Shown here: positions 11,301 through 23,490 of the stretch, piece after piece
Layout of the letters: each line of letters begins with the position of its first letter
How positions within the stretch are numbered: position 1 is the first letter of the stretch
From: Mizuhopecten yessoensis
Taxonomy: Eukaryota
Direction: 5' to 3'
Assembly: GCF_002113885.1 (NCBI RefSeq)
Contig: NW_018408881.1
Span: 1-64,000 of the forward strand
Length of the DNA: 64,000 nt
Notes under the pieces: model-generated
Databases searched by the model: none
Told to the model about the DNA's origin: nothing
The model's input: the letters and a program-made list of their open reading frames with translations, nothing else
Made by a program: the position numbers and the translations under genes

Positions 11301-11559
11301 CGCGCTGCACAAGGCTGTAAAGTTAGGGGATGTAAGTTTAATTGCTTGTCTTCTCAAATGTGGAGGAGAGGTGTCGAAACAATGCTTGTCCGAAATTCTG
11401 GAGAAGAAATGCAAACCGTCACATCGCCTCTGTATCGTAAGGCTTCTGCTCTCTAGTTCCCATTTTTTGGCACGAGAGCTAATTGAAGAGGCAGGGGTAA
11501 AAGCTAGGCAACTGTCAGAGCCTAAACTCGAGGCGTACATCCAGCAATGTATCAAGTAG
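2098..11559 (+). CDS. Spliced gene: 2A-like N-terminus + linker exons + putative nSTAND3-like STAND NTPase (core in gap) + ankyrin-like repeat region
   Basis: Exons 2098-2334 (phase 0), 2628-2679, 3651-3824, 4042-4152, 5993-6091, 6669-6764 and 8300-11559 are all GT-AG and give one open frame. ILVTRREAVTAVANRLK before the gap resembles the segment just upstream of Walker A in nSTAND3. FTFGHQSTADSVCIVFGKENPEIILEKCS...FEHLVKRI after the gap resembles the winged-helix/post-NTPase segment. Ankyrin-like repeats follow. Confidence 0.7.
4308..5504 (+). mobile_element. Non-autonomous Helentron/HINE-like element with internal tandem repeats
   Basis: 5' gtgagct...gtcgtgcgtccgtaaac microsatellite-like head, repeated internal blocks (cttcttctcaagatccaga...cttaaggtgctttaccaaaattgtgaatttcatgaccctgggg), and 3' end ctcaggtgaccgttaaggcccatggacctcctgtt (subTIR plus hairpin). 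Confidence 0.75.
5657..5923. mobile_element. MITE-like element with imperfect terminal inverted repeats
   Basis: catatcaaacgtgtcgcgacgtttcaagaccg...ctgagtgag on the left versus ctcactcag...cggtcttgaaactttgcaacacgttt...tttgatatg on the right. Confidence 0.55.
8300..11559 (+). CDS. Large terminal exon: STAND NTPase-associated region and degenerate ankyrin repeats
   Basis: Long ORF of ~958 codons after the gap with acceptor TTTCCCAG| at 8299/8300. Repeated motif W(S/T)xxQLDxALDxAxxxGxxxxxxxLxxxGAxF. Confidence 0.85.
8400..8681. other. Assembly gap (N run) inside a coding exon
   Basis: Run of n characters. Confidence 0.99.
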
Positions 11560-12146
11560 GGAAACGTCATAAACCTGGCGCCTATTCGATCTTGAAAATG
11601 GTTTCTTTTGGGAACAAAACCAGTCTATAATTCAGCATGCATGATATGATGAATATCATAGGATCACATGTATTATAAGAATGACAAGTTCATCTGTTTT
11701 AATAGAATAACATAACATGTTGATGCAGACGTCATTTATCCGGTTGCTGTAGTTTAGGAAACCCTGCCTTTCCAAAGCACAATTGTCCGAGCTATCCAGC
11801 CGTTTGTCATAGGAACGTCAGCGGCAGCAGACAGAAATGTTCTGTTGTGTCATGATCGCCAGGCAATAATTATGCTTAAGATGCAAAAACATAATGATTT
11901 ATGAGGATGACAGTGAAAAATCTTTAATAAACATTTCATAAGTCTTGCATTAAAGATGCAATTATTATTATGAATGAATGGTTTTGGTGGCAGAACACCA
12001 TGCAATTATTAGTATTGATCGACAATAGGTAAAAAAAAGAGATAATTAGACGAAAGGTGAAACATAAGGATTGTTTGACAAGAGGTAAAGCATGAGGATT
12101 GATTGACATTAGTTAAAGTATTAGGATTGTTTTTACAATGGGTTCA

Positions 12147-12583
12147 GCATAAGGATGGTACATGTATGACAATAGGTAAGGCAGTGAGATGGTTTGACAA
12201 TAGGTACAGCATTGAGATGGTACATGTATGACAATAGGTACAGCATTGGGATGGTACATGAATGACAATAGGTACAGCATTAAGATGGTACATGTATGAC
12301 AATAGGTACAGCATTGAGATGGTCCATGTATGACAATAGGTACAGTATTGGGATAGTACATGTATGACAATAGGTACAGCATTGGGATGGTACATGTATG
12401 GCAATAGGTACAGCATTAAAATGGTACATCTATGACAATAGGTACAGCATTGGGATGGTACATGTATGACAATAGGTACAGCATTGGGATGGTACATGTA
12501 TGACAATAGGTACAGCATTGGGATGGTACATGTATGACAATAGGTACAGCATTAAGATGGTACATGTATGACAATAGGTAAGG
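12147..12583. repeat. 34-bp minisatellite (~13 copies)
   Basis: Unit atgacaataggtacagcattgggatggtacatgt. Confidence 0.95.
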
Positions 12584-12640
12584 CATTAGTATTTATGATG
12601 CAGTGTAAATTGATGTTTGTGTATTACGTTCATCTCTGAG

Positions 12641-12817
12641 AATACATAAACATAATGTCTATTTGACAACATAAACATAGTGTTAAGAAGTACCTGACAA
12701 TACATAAACATAATCTCTATTTGACAACAAAAACATAGTGTTAAGGAGTACCCGACAATACATAAACATAATGTCTATTTAACAACGTAAACATAGTGTT
12801 AAGGAGTACCTGACAAC
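12641..12817. repeat. 58-bp tandem repeat (3 copies)
   Basis: Unit aatacataaacataatgtctatttgacaacataaacatagtgttaaggagtacctgac. Confidence 0.9.
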
Positions 12818-13957
12818 ATTCGTGCCAATATTGCATACACTGAATTTCTGGGATGAGGTACAGCATAAAGTTATGTCATTATTAGCATACCATAGAATAC
12901 GTAGTGTAAATATTGATTTTTTTAAGAGTGTTTGTATGTCGAGGTCATATTGGGAATCATCTGATCGCTCGGAATGAAAGTTAATATGAAGTAATTGGTA
13001 CTATACTGATGTGTAAATAGAAGTTACAGTGTTATTTTTTTGACCCTGCTACGTGTTTTTGGTATACATAACATTGATGCAGGCATGCTTTGTTTATGGG
13101 ATGTAGCTAATCCTATACACGAGACACAAGACAACTGTGTTTGATTATTGTTTGGAGTGTGGTCAAAGAACGGATGAAAGCAGGATGGAGGGAACACGGC
13201 AGGTTTTATGGTAACAAAATATGTTTTAATATTTTACATGAGATAAACCGGCATTTTAAATGTCAATGAGTATGGTATCTAACTGTTGTGTACACTCGTG
13301 AAAAGATTGCGTGAGAAACGATGTATTTACTAAAAATACACTCTTCTAAGTGTACTCGCTACATGCGTGGTCATTTACAATTTGGAATCTAGTATGTTTT
13401 AGTGTTATAGCTGTCTAGAACATGCATTAATTGTACATACATTTTGTATAACATGAATTCAATATAATGGTAATTGTAATTCATCATGCTTTGAAAAAAA
13501 AGGACGAAAAGACCTAATATAGTATTACTGTTTAAATATGTTCGTTTACAGTATATAAATGTACTTAGAAATATTGTAAACGCTATTAAGATATCTCTTC
13601 TTGGTATACGTACATGGCTTATGGTATATGGCTTACACATGTTTTTAATCAATTTTCACTATTATGTTACGAGAGTACAAATACGTCCTAAATTTACATT
13701 GTTTTGATGTGTGTATAAGTGGGTACTAGCTGTGCATTTGAATTTACACTTGGCTTGATTCTCTTTTAAAAGCGAAAACCTATGTTTTACTAGATATGTA
13801 TGATACGCAGTAATAAGTGGCTGTGTTACCTCTCGGTGACGTCGTTAGTGTCTGAAATAAGAGCACTTGATCTACCACTTTTGGTTATAATAGTTCTAGA
13901 AATAAAACAACACGAGCTCTAACGTTAAAGTCGTGAGAAGCTGGCTTATTGATATGT

Positions 13958-14093
13958 GAGGCGCGGATGTCTAGTGGTAGGACTCAGGGCTTGTGACCGA
14001 AGGGTTGCGGGTTCGAGTCACGTGATAAAACTGTGTTGATGAGTATTAGACTCAATATGTCATCAAGTTGAAATAAAGACTATTATTATTATT
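13958..14093 (+). mobile_element. Short tRNA-derived SINE / tRNA pseudogene with (TAT)n tail
   Basis: A-box-like tgtctagtgg, B-box ggttcgagtc, then aaataaa and a tattattattatta tail. There is no complete acceptor stem. Confidence 0.55.
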
Positions 14094-15016
14094 AAACTCG
14101 TTCAATAAATTCAATATGACATGGACACGAACGTAAGATCATCTATTTAAGCATCGTTTGATGTATTTGAGAGAACTCATTATATAATGGATTTCAATAA
14201 TATTGATCTGTTAATGTACTCTGGATCCAATATATCGAGATTTGAAAGTATTTTTTATTTTAAAAAAGCATACTTTAAAAAGTGTTGTTTGGCATGTCCT
14301 AATATATTTAATAGGCATGTTATTTTTATAATTTTTGCAAATGCAATTTTGTAATAATATTTTGGGGTTAAAAATAAAATTTCCAATTAGGAGTTTTACT
14401 ACAATTTTTGTTGTTTGTTCATGAGAATATGATTCAGTCTAACATTGCAATACACTTCAATATTGCAAATTTGTCGCAACAGTAAATATGTAAAATAAAT
14501 GAATAAATATCAAGAAAATTATATAGAAAATAAAGGATAATTAGTTATAGCATATCGTAATCGTCAGAGATCAAGACCACGGAATTATCTAAGTCCGTGT
14601 CAGGACCAAACAATGTGTTATATAAAATATGCCACAAAGCCAAAATTAGAAATTATGATACGAATAGACAACTCAGGACTCGAGGATGCACCCAACCAAA
14701 AAGGAAAAGATTCATACACAACACCATCTACAGATGAGAAACCATATGATCCAGAAAGGTTAGCGTCTGCTTCAGCAGATATAGCAGTCATCATTTCTAG
14801 GGAATAAACGTACATAAGCTCTTAAATATTGGTAAAGGTCAAGGATGTCACGAGATTATAGTTGGGAATCGAAACCGACGACAATTATTGAGCTTAATAA
14901 ATGTAAATTAAAGTACAACGAGTCCCTGTTATCTACAAGGCCTACATTTATATTACAGATTGTAGAGAAATACGTCTTTCCATCTCGTTATCTTATATAT
15001 CACTATCACTATATCA

Positions 15017-15208
15017 CTATTCCGTCTTTTCGTATTGCAGAGTTATCTGCTCTTGTGAGCAGGTATTGGTTGTTACGTCATTAGTTTGTGTGAGAAAATT
15101 ACGTCGTTTTCTCAAAGATCGATGACGTTACTCTCACAAACAAATGACGTAACAATCAATACCCGCTCACAAGACCAAATAACTCTGCAATACGAAAAGA
15201 CGGAATAG
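15017..15208. mobile_element. Foldback MITE (~190-bp near-perfect palindrome)
   Basis: ctattccgtcttttcgtattgcagagttat... versus ...ataactctgcaatacgaaaagacggaatag. Confidence 0.85.
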
Positions 15209-16308
15209 GTGTCTTCACTCCGGACTCATTGTATAAATCAACTAGGAGTTGGTGACCTACTATTTGGCAACACTCTGGACATTATTTCATTGGTCAATGC
15301 TTTGCAACGTCATCTGCCATTATGACGTCATAATTAATGGTGATTGTTTCCCCAATCGAAAACATGAATAATGTACATGTGCATTCCCAAGAGAAACTTA
15401 TGGTTTTCTAGATATACTACCAGAATGTTGTGGGATGGTTGAGTATCATGTTTATTTAACTCTCCATAGTTAATTTTCAAATTGTAAAAGTCACTAGGTA
15501 AACCTCGTGCCTTTTTACACAATTTTAAAATTCACGAGCTCCGAGTTGGATAAACATGAAGTTAGGTTGTCAATGGCATTACATATCCTAGCAAGCTTCG
15601 AGCTTAATGTTATTAATCTAGACCTTAATGAGTTGTATAACGTTTTCACTCCAAGCCAACAAACTTCTGGTCAAATGACATGACTGCAGGCATAATGGTT
15701 CTTCAGGAGAAGTTGTTTGACTATATCTTTACGAATTTGAATCTTGCAGACGTTATTTTAGGTCAAGGTTATTTCTGTTTTCCTGTTTTGCAAAAATACC
15801 ACAATTTTAAGCCGGTTGATTCTTCAGAAAAATTGGTGCAAATTTATATTTATCATTTCTTAGGTACATCTTCGATGCCTCAGACTTTTAAAATTGGTAA
15901 AGTTTTTTTTTCACAAATTTGAAAGGCTTCATTTCAGAAGGCAATTTACCCAAGACTTTACTCATAAAAATTCTTTCCGAGAGGTTGATGAAATAAAAAG
16001 GTGACAGACAACGAATGAGTGACGCTGCACAACGTCATCAGCATACTTAGCCCTTCAGGACAGGTGATCTTAAAAAACAGCTACTCTTCAACATCTACTT
16101 TACCATTTAAAGAGGAGAGACACTTCAATTTAGTTTTTTGAATTTTATTTTATTCATTGGGTAAGTTACACAAACCGTTAAGCATTATTGAATTAATCAA
16201 CGGTTCTTTGAAAGCTTTAGATCATGTTACAAAAGAGTTCTGTATGTGTACATCAAAACAAACATAAAGACATAAGACAAATGGCAACATATAAATATAA
16301 ACAGAAAC

Positions 16309-16651
16309 ACAGTAAAACCTTGATATAGTGCCCCTTGTTTGATCTGCCAAATTCTGTACCACCAATATACTTCAATGTCCCTTTTTCTTGCTATCTTAAC
16401 CCTTTTACCAATGTAGACCATAATGGACTCATCCAGATCAATGCATGATAGACTATAATGGACTCATCCATATCAATGCATGATAGAGTCAACTAAAGTT
16501 ACCTAGGGGTGAAAGGATTAAGATTCCTGTATACATCTCCCTCAGTTTTTTTCAATTCCTTTATAAATGTCTCTCAATTTATAATCAAACCCCATTTTAA
16601 CACCGAAATTTATCTGGACCAACGGTGACAGTATAATGAGGTTTCACTGTA
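16309..16651. mobile_element. Tc1/mariner-type MITE with a nested small TTAA-flanked element (~16396-16521)
   Basis: Ends acagtaaaaccttgatata / tataatgaggtttcactgta. Internal ttaaccctttt...gaaaggattaa. Confidence 0.5.
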
Positions 16652-19600
16652 TGATGTCGTAAGTTCAGATCAATTCAAGGTGTAATTTCATTATAATGAC
16701 ACTACGTTCATTACACTGGCACTCTTAAATGATTTTGTGATAAATATCAAGGTCCCATTGTATACTGGCTCTGTCTAATTTAAACTGGGAACTTCTGTCT
16801 CTCTTCATGTTTAGCCTTTACATTAGCTCAACAATTAACGTTGGAGTAAAGAAAGTTTGCACCACAACTTTGATACTTCTTGTACACATAATTCATTTTG
16901 CTTGGTCCATAAAGCTTTAAAAGTGTGCGTGATTTGTGCAAACTTTGGTTTAACTCTGGAGAAACTCATGACCAAACTGGTATTACCAGGAATGAATAAA
17001 TCAAAGACTTTAACTCATTCACTCCTGAAGACACATTTAAACACTTCCAATTCAAAATTTGGAATAGTTCATTATGAAATTTCAAGGGGTGAATGAGTTG
17101 AGCGATCCCTGTTATATAATTTTTGTATAAAACAGTCTGTATGGTCCGATTAGCAATTTTACAAGGTATTCAAATGACAACAAGCGCTAGCGTCGCTAGA
17201 CAAACTCTATAAAAATACTAAATAAAGTAAGCGACATCAGAAGATCAAGTGATCTCACAGTTTTGCATCAGAAAGTTATGGCAATTATGTTATACGGTAT
17301 TTTACTAGCTTCTCACAAATATTAGCATATCTCTCGCCTGAAACAGCAAGCACTAATCACGTTGATTCCATACCATTATTGAAAGGAAGTACAATTTTTA
17401 GGTCAAATAAGAAATTAACACATTTCTTTGATATAATGCATTGTAAATATATTGATATATAATATAATAACACAGTAATTATATACTATAACAGGGTTCA
17501 ACTCTGAGATTGTATTAAATACAAATTCCCTATAAACATGATTCAGGGTCATGTTTGTCACCAAGATAGTCATCCTTTCAAATTCAGGGGTTACACTCAC
17601 TCATTTTCTCTGAATCCCTGAAAATGTCATGAAAACATCGACAGCACACTGTTCGCTATTTGATTAGTTTTAAGGGTAAAAATCTGACCAATTCCTAGAC
17701 TGATACCTGTCCTTTGAAGATTTCAGAGAAGTGACATGGGACTTCAAATCCTGTCAATTCTACCGTTACACTGCCACAAGATTCATTTGATGTTCATCTA
17801 GTCCACTAGTATTATCCATTAGTTGGCGCATACAGAGCCCTAGATTTTGTCATGTATACTGTAAACCGGGAAATTGTTGCCCAGTCAAACTTTCGCCCTT
17901 CACCATGAAACCATTTTTTTTATCCCAGTGTAATTTTTACCCTTCACATTTAATTGTTATGTATATTTTGCTGTTTACCTATATTCACTGTAGTGATAAA
18001 TTATGCCCTCATTACAGAGGATGAAAAAGGTGAAAATTTAATTGCATCAAAAATTTTCCAATACCGATATACAGTTTTCTAGAAGAGGAAAGAATGGTAT
18101 TGAACGTAGCACCTGGAATTTCAAGCATGCGACATTATCAGTTCTGTCATGTATTTCGCTAAATCGAGTTATAAAATCGGTGTTACGGACAGTATTATCA
18201 CATGAGCAAGGAGGCAGGCTTTAGATATATCACAGAAGGGTTTAAAGAGTTTATATCAATGTAGGATATTTATAGACAGAAAAAGTCAACAAATATATCC
18301 AACTTGATTTGAATAATTATAAATCTCACATTGGTACAAAATTAATATATTTTTTGACAAATATACATATTTTTTTTTATCATCATACACGAAATACAGA
18401 AATAACTTTGTAGCTCTAAATATACGTATGAAAAATATGGATATGTACAAATTATGCATAATCACATGAAAATTAAAATAAAAAGATTTACATAATTTCA
18501 TACATAAAATATGAAAAAAGGAATTACAGAGATCAGAGGAAGAATAAATAAAGAATAACAACGAAGACAAATAGTACATCACAATATATAACTACAGTAG
18601 AAATGAAATGTTTGAATAATTTAATTTATATGGATTTTCAATTTTTTCAATGTAAACAAAAGCGAGCAATTTTTGAAATAGGGATGCATTCCTGTAATAC
18701 ATGTTATCATTCAAGATCAAATGTAAGCACTTGTCTGTGATATGGAGTGTTCTGCATGTGCGATACAGTTAGCTAAGCATAGGCCATTTCCCAGTGTCAC
18801 ATGGGCCATATCTGTCTGGCATACACCAAATTTGTCATGTCAAATTTGATTCACTTCCAGTAAAACACATTTCGGAAAAGAATTCACACCTCAGTTACAC
18901 TCTTTTTGAACCATATTTAATAAATTTTATGTTTTATGATAAAAAGTTAATACAACAATTTCTATATCCAACCCCGTATGAACCCTCGACACGTATCAGC
19001 CCTCAGGCCTCCGGACCCTCGGGTTGATATGGAGGTCGCAGGCTGATATGGGGTAGGACATGAAAAGGGTCATTTTTAAGATATTATAAACTCAAATGTT
19101 TATAGACGCAATGGAAAGTCCGAGTCGAACGAATGTTTGTGTACAACATCCGACCAGTGACCAATTTCTGACCGATTTATTGTAACTGACCTTAGTGAAC
19201 CTTAGAAGATTGTCGTACATTTAAAAATGTCATCACTCTCTAGTCACGTTGGGTATAATCATTTTAAAACTTTAGTGTTTGAAAACAGTTGAGTATATGC
19301 AGAAGAAAATCTTCCAGGTAAACTACGGTTTGTAGAAAGACATGGTTTAGATGTATCAAGAACAATAAATTTGAAACATAAAAATACACAAAATTCAAAT
19401 ATGATATGATAATGTACTAGTTAAGGTACCATTACTATACATTGTACATGTTTTAGTGAAAATACTTTTTTTTAAGTAAGAAAGTTATTTTGTCATGCTA
19501 AGCTTCGTGGAGGTAAGTAAAATAGATTATTTCACATATAATATAAATAATTAAAAACAAAATTGTTATAAAACTTTCACCAGGAAAAAAAAGTAATTAC

Positions 19601-19976
19601 ACAATTTAATATACTACTTAATTAAAACATTGCACATCATAAAATGATTAGATTATAAAACAATACATAAACAATCAAAACGAATCATTATGGATAAAGA
19701 CACTACCAGAATTTCTTCGAAACAAGCACTATTTATCTATAGATAAAATCCCCAACAGAGCATTCAACACATTCAGAAATGCATGATTGCCTTGTGATAA
19801 ACTGGTATGTATTTTTAAGGTTCATTTATTTATAAACATTTAAGATATAATGTGACTTTATGATCATTTTTAATGCTGGGATAATCTGTACAAATGCAGG
19901 AAATTCAAAAATACATTACAATCTGCACATGTCATTTCCAAGTCATTTGCAGGTTGATCTGCTCTTGGCAAGTATG

Positions 19977-20468
19977 GGCGGATTGGTCGAGTGGTTAACA
20001 CTCTGGCCTACCAAGCAGGCGGCCGGGGTTCGATCCCCGAAGTCGCCGTACGCATGGAATATTAGAGAAAGTGTTTTTCTCCTGCCCACACAACTCCAAC
20101 AACCCAGATGGAGTATAAAATGGTCTGGGGTGGGTGTTGCGGTATCTGTGCTGCAGCATTCAAGTGAGGTGGCACTATAAATGATACCGTTGGAAGCACG
20201 GTCCCACTACAAACAGAACACAATACATCTCCAGCACACACACAGACATACACACATTTGGAGATATTAGCCAGGTGGCATAGGACTAGTAGTTAGCGCC
20301 TGATAAGGCAGCTCCTGCGAATTCCTCAATATTGTATAGATTAATATATATATGCTAATTGGATTGACTGTATAGAATTGTATATCTATGTACTGTAAAG
20401 CGCTTTAGAGTGGCTTATCTTAGCTAGATAGGGCGCTATATCAAATGTTGTATATTATTATTATTATT
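19977..20468 (+). mobile_element. Full-length tRNA-derived SINE with LINE-like 3' tail and 7-bp TSD
   Basis: tRNA head ggcggattggtcgagtggttaa...ggggttcgatcccc, 3' ctgtaaagcgctttagag...gggcgctatatcaaat plus (TAT)n. TSD aagtatg at 19970-19976 and 20469-20475. Confidence 0.85.
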
Positions 20469-23244
20469 AAGTATGACAGAATGTTGAATAAATGTATACA
20501 CTTGTAAATAATCTGTCACACAGACACAACATAGAAAAGCTAGAACATCAACCTAAACATTTGTCTTTAATATACATGTATAAGCTATGCTTGTATTAGC
20601 ACTGACCCAAATTGGAATTCTTACAAAATTCTGATAGGAAGGTTTGCATGCGAAAAACATTCAAAACTGATGAGTCTACGTGAATTTCTTTGTAGAATGA
20701 TCTTGTTTACCTTAATTCATCAGAGGAACTTGCCTATGATATTACTTAAGGATCCCTGTCCCACTACATTGTGGTATATTGTATATACAGTTACCTCCCC
20801 TTAATTTCGCTTTGTATATAAGTGAAACCAGTTAAGCCAGGATACTTCCAATGACCATGTAGCTCCGTCGGTAAGAGAGATAGTTTAACAATCTGAAGCC
20901 CCATCAAGACATGCTGAATTTGTTTACACTTGAACACCTGTTGTTGATTATGTTTTGTTTATTTCAACTTCATTCTTTTTTCGCAAAAAGTGCCACTAGG
21001 TATGGTTATCTTTGCAAAAATGATTGATGAAAATAATACAATATTCATGGCAGATTTCTTTTTAATGCATAGTTACATTTTTGGCAGTGGTCAGAGACCC
21101 TTTTTTTTAACCTCATTGTCACCATGGTAAACTATCTGGTTAGTGACTTAGCTAGCAGGAATTTCCCTTCAACTCAATTGTAAACGTACTAAACTAACAA
21201 ACTGTAGTACTGGTTCTGACTAGTGAATTACATGTCTGCAATCATATGATAACTATACTTTCTTATATTTCCCGAAACCTGAAGTTCATATTTTTGTTTC
21301 CAAGCAATACCATGTGTTTTCACATTGGTATAACCATATTGGAATAAAATTATTAGAGAATATATTCCTAAACCAACAGTTCTGTTCCTTAAAATCTACA
21401 CAAACGCTGTTCAATATGGAACAGATGGTCTCTGCAGACAAGGCATTCAAATCCAAAGTATACATAGCTCAACCTACAATTCATGATCTTGAATGCACCC
21501 CAAATGGCAAATGGTAGCAAATTAAGAATATTGAAATTTCTCCTATTTACAACATAAACATATTTCAGGCTTTTTAAACATTATAAATGTTCCTGACCTG
21601 ACATCCAACATTTTACTCTCTCACTAATTATGTGTCCAAGATACTTTAATTCTCGTTGTGTTGACAAACTGCTTCATCTTTCTCACACCTCAGACAGGGA
21701 TATCCAAAGTGATACCCTGTGCTAGATTTTTGTATCTCATCCTATCTGTCTGGCACCTTTCTGCGATGCCATTTCGTGGAATTTTCACAAACCGATGTAT
21801 TCATTCATAGGCTAACATTCAAAATCTGCATTGTAAATATTCTGTTTGTCATTATATGTATTATTTTGATGTTGTAAGATTCCTGATGTTGTAGATCAAA
21901 AAAAATCTGAACAATGAAATATGTTTTCTTCCTTGTACGGACAGACTACATTTTTTACGCGGAACATTCAAATTAGCTTTAGTAGTGAAGAGGTTACATT
22001 TATTTGAGGCCCCGGATGGGATGTTTGGTGCAAGAATATTTGTTTTTATCGATAATTGATTTTATTGGTCGAAACCAGATACCTATAAGTATCTATCATA
22101 ACTTTAGGCCACACTTTATACATTTCTATGTAAAATAAAAAAATGACAACCAAAGAATTAGTTTGTTTTGATGAAAGTATTGGTCCCTAGCTAGTGATGT
22201 GTTGGATATTGGACAACTCTACAGTATCTACACTTGATATTCATTTTCAAACAAAAATAAACAAACTTTATCAGTAAAAAATGTGATGGCATAATTCATA
22301 TGTTACTACATCTGAAAATGATAAGCAAGGGTTGACATAAAATTTGAGCAAGGTTTGCATAACTCTCCAAGTCTTCTATCTGACCCTTATTGTATTTGAT
22401 TCAACTTGTTAATGATTAACATATCAAATAATCTATGAAAGTCAAAACTGAATCTAATGACAACAAAACTTGTTGTACAGAAATTATCCTGATTGGTATT
22501 CATGTTGAGCAGAGTTATCTCCCCCTTTGGTAATTTCCCCCATTTCAGTAGCCTTTTGCCACACTAGGCTATGGGAAGAAAATAAATAGTGGTAAGTTAG
22601 CCCATTCATACTTGGTGGATGATTTTGAAAACTTCATTTGTATCATGAGAGATTGTCTTTAAAACTGAAAATGAAAAAATGGTTCAACAATTTAAAATAA
22701 TAATAAAATTAACATAGTGATAATATTTGTTTGCAATATTGAACAGTTTTTATGAAATTACATACTCTGAGTTTTTGACATACATTTAAATAACATCAGA
22801 GTTACAACTATAAATCTTAAACTGAGTCAACCTAGTATACATTTGAAATGCCCCAAGATAACTTTTAATTTCATGGATCATTAAAGCTAAATGGCATAAA
22901 TGATTTGGAAAACACTTGATTTTTCAAAATCATCCGTTCAAGTTTTCAAAATCATCCATATTACAATGTGTTTTCAGAATCACTCGATTGAGTTTTCAAT
23001 AATGTCCATTTAGAAATACAGCCAGCCCTGTGATATGAAGATATTTTGGGAAGGGCTTTGGTCAAGACTGGTTATGCCAATTTTTTTTATTTTTTTGCCG
23101 ATACACATAGTAATGTTTGCAGGTCCTCCGATTTACTCCCAAAGAGTTCAGAGAGGATATTTTTGCCAAAACACTATTTAACAGAGGTCCTGTTATTTTT
23201 AAATGCATTTGCTACAAGTCAAACCTGGGACCTCTGGTTTACTG

Positions 23245-23490
23245 GTCTGATGCTCTACCGAATACACAATAGGGTATAATGAATCTCTCTCTAGTCTGAT
23301 GCTCTACCGAATACTCAATAGGGTATAAAGAATCTCTCTCTAGTCTGATGCTCTACCGAATCCACAATAGGGTATAATGAATCTCTCTCTAGTCTGAGGC
23401 TCTACCGAATACTCAATAGGGTATAAAGAATCTCTATCTAGTCTGACGCTCTACCGAATACTCAATAGGGTATAAAGAATCTCTCTCTAG
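23245..23490. repeat. 49-bp minisatellite (5 copies) within a tRNA-like dispersed repeat
   Basis: Unit gtctgatgctctaccgaatactcaatagggtataaagaatctctctcta. The flanks match single-copy versions at ~32320-32430 and ~34300-34400. Confidence 0.9.

Noticed and set aside
9747-11570. Minus-strand ORFs 9747-9965 and 11166-11570
   Set aside because: Antisense shadows of the real + strand coding exon.
12113-12518. Cys/His/Tyr-rich ORFs 12113-12382 and 12144-12518
   Set aside because: They are translations of the 34-bp minisatellite, whose period is not a multiple of 3.
13958-14030. Functional tRNA-His gene
   Set aside because: The acceptor stem cannot close and a SINE-like (TAT)n tail follows. Treated as a tRNA-derived repeat.
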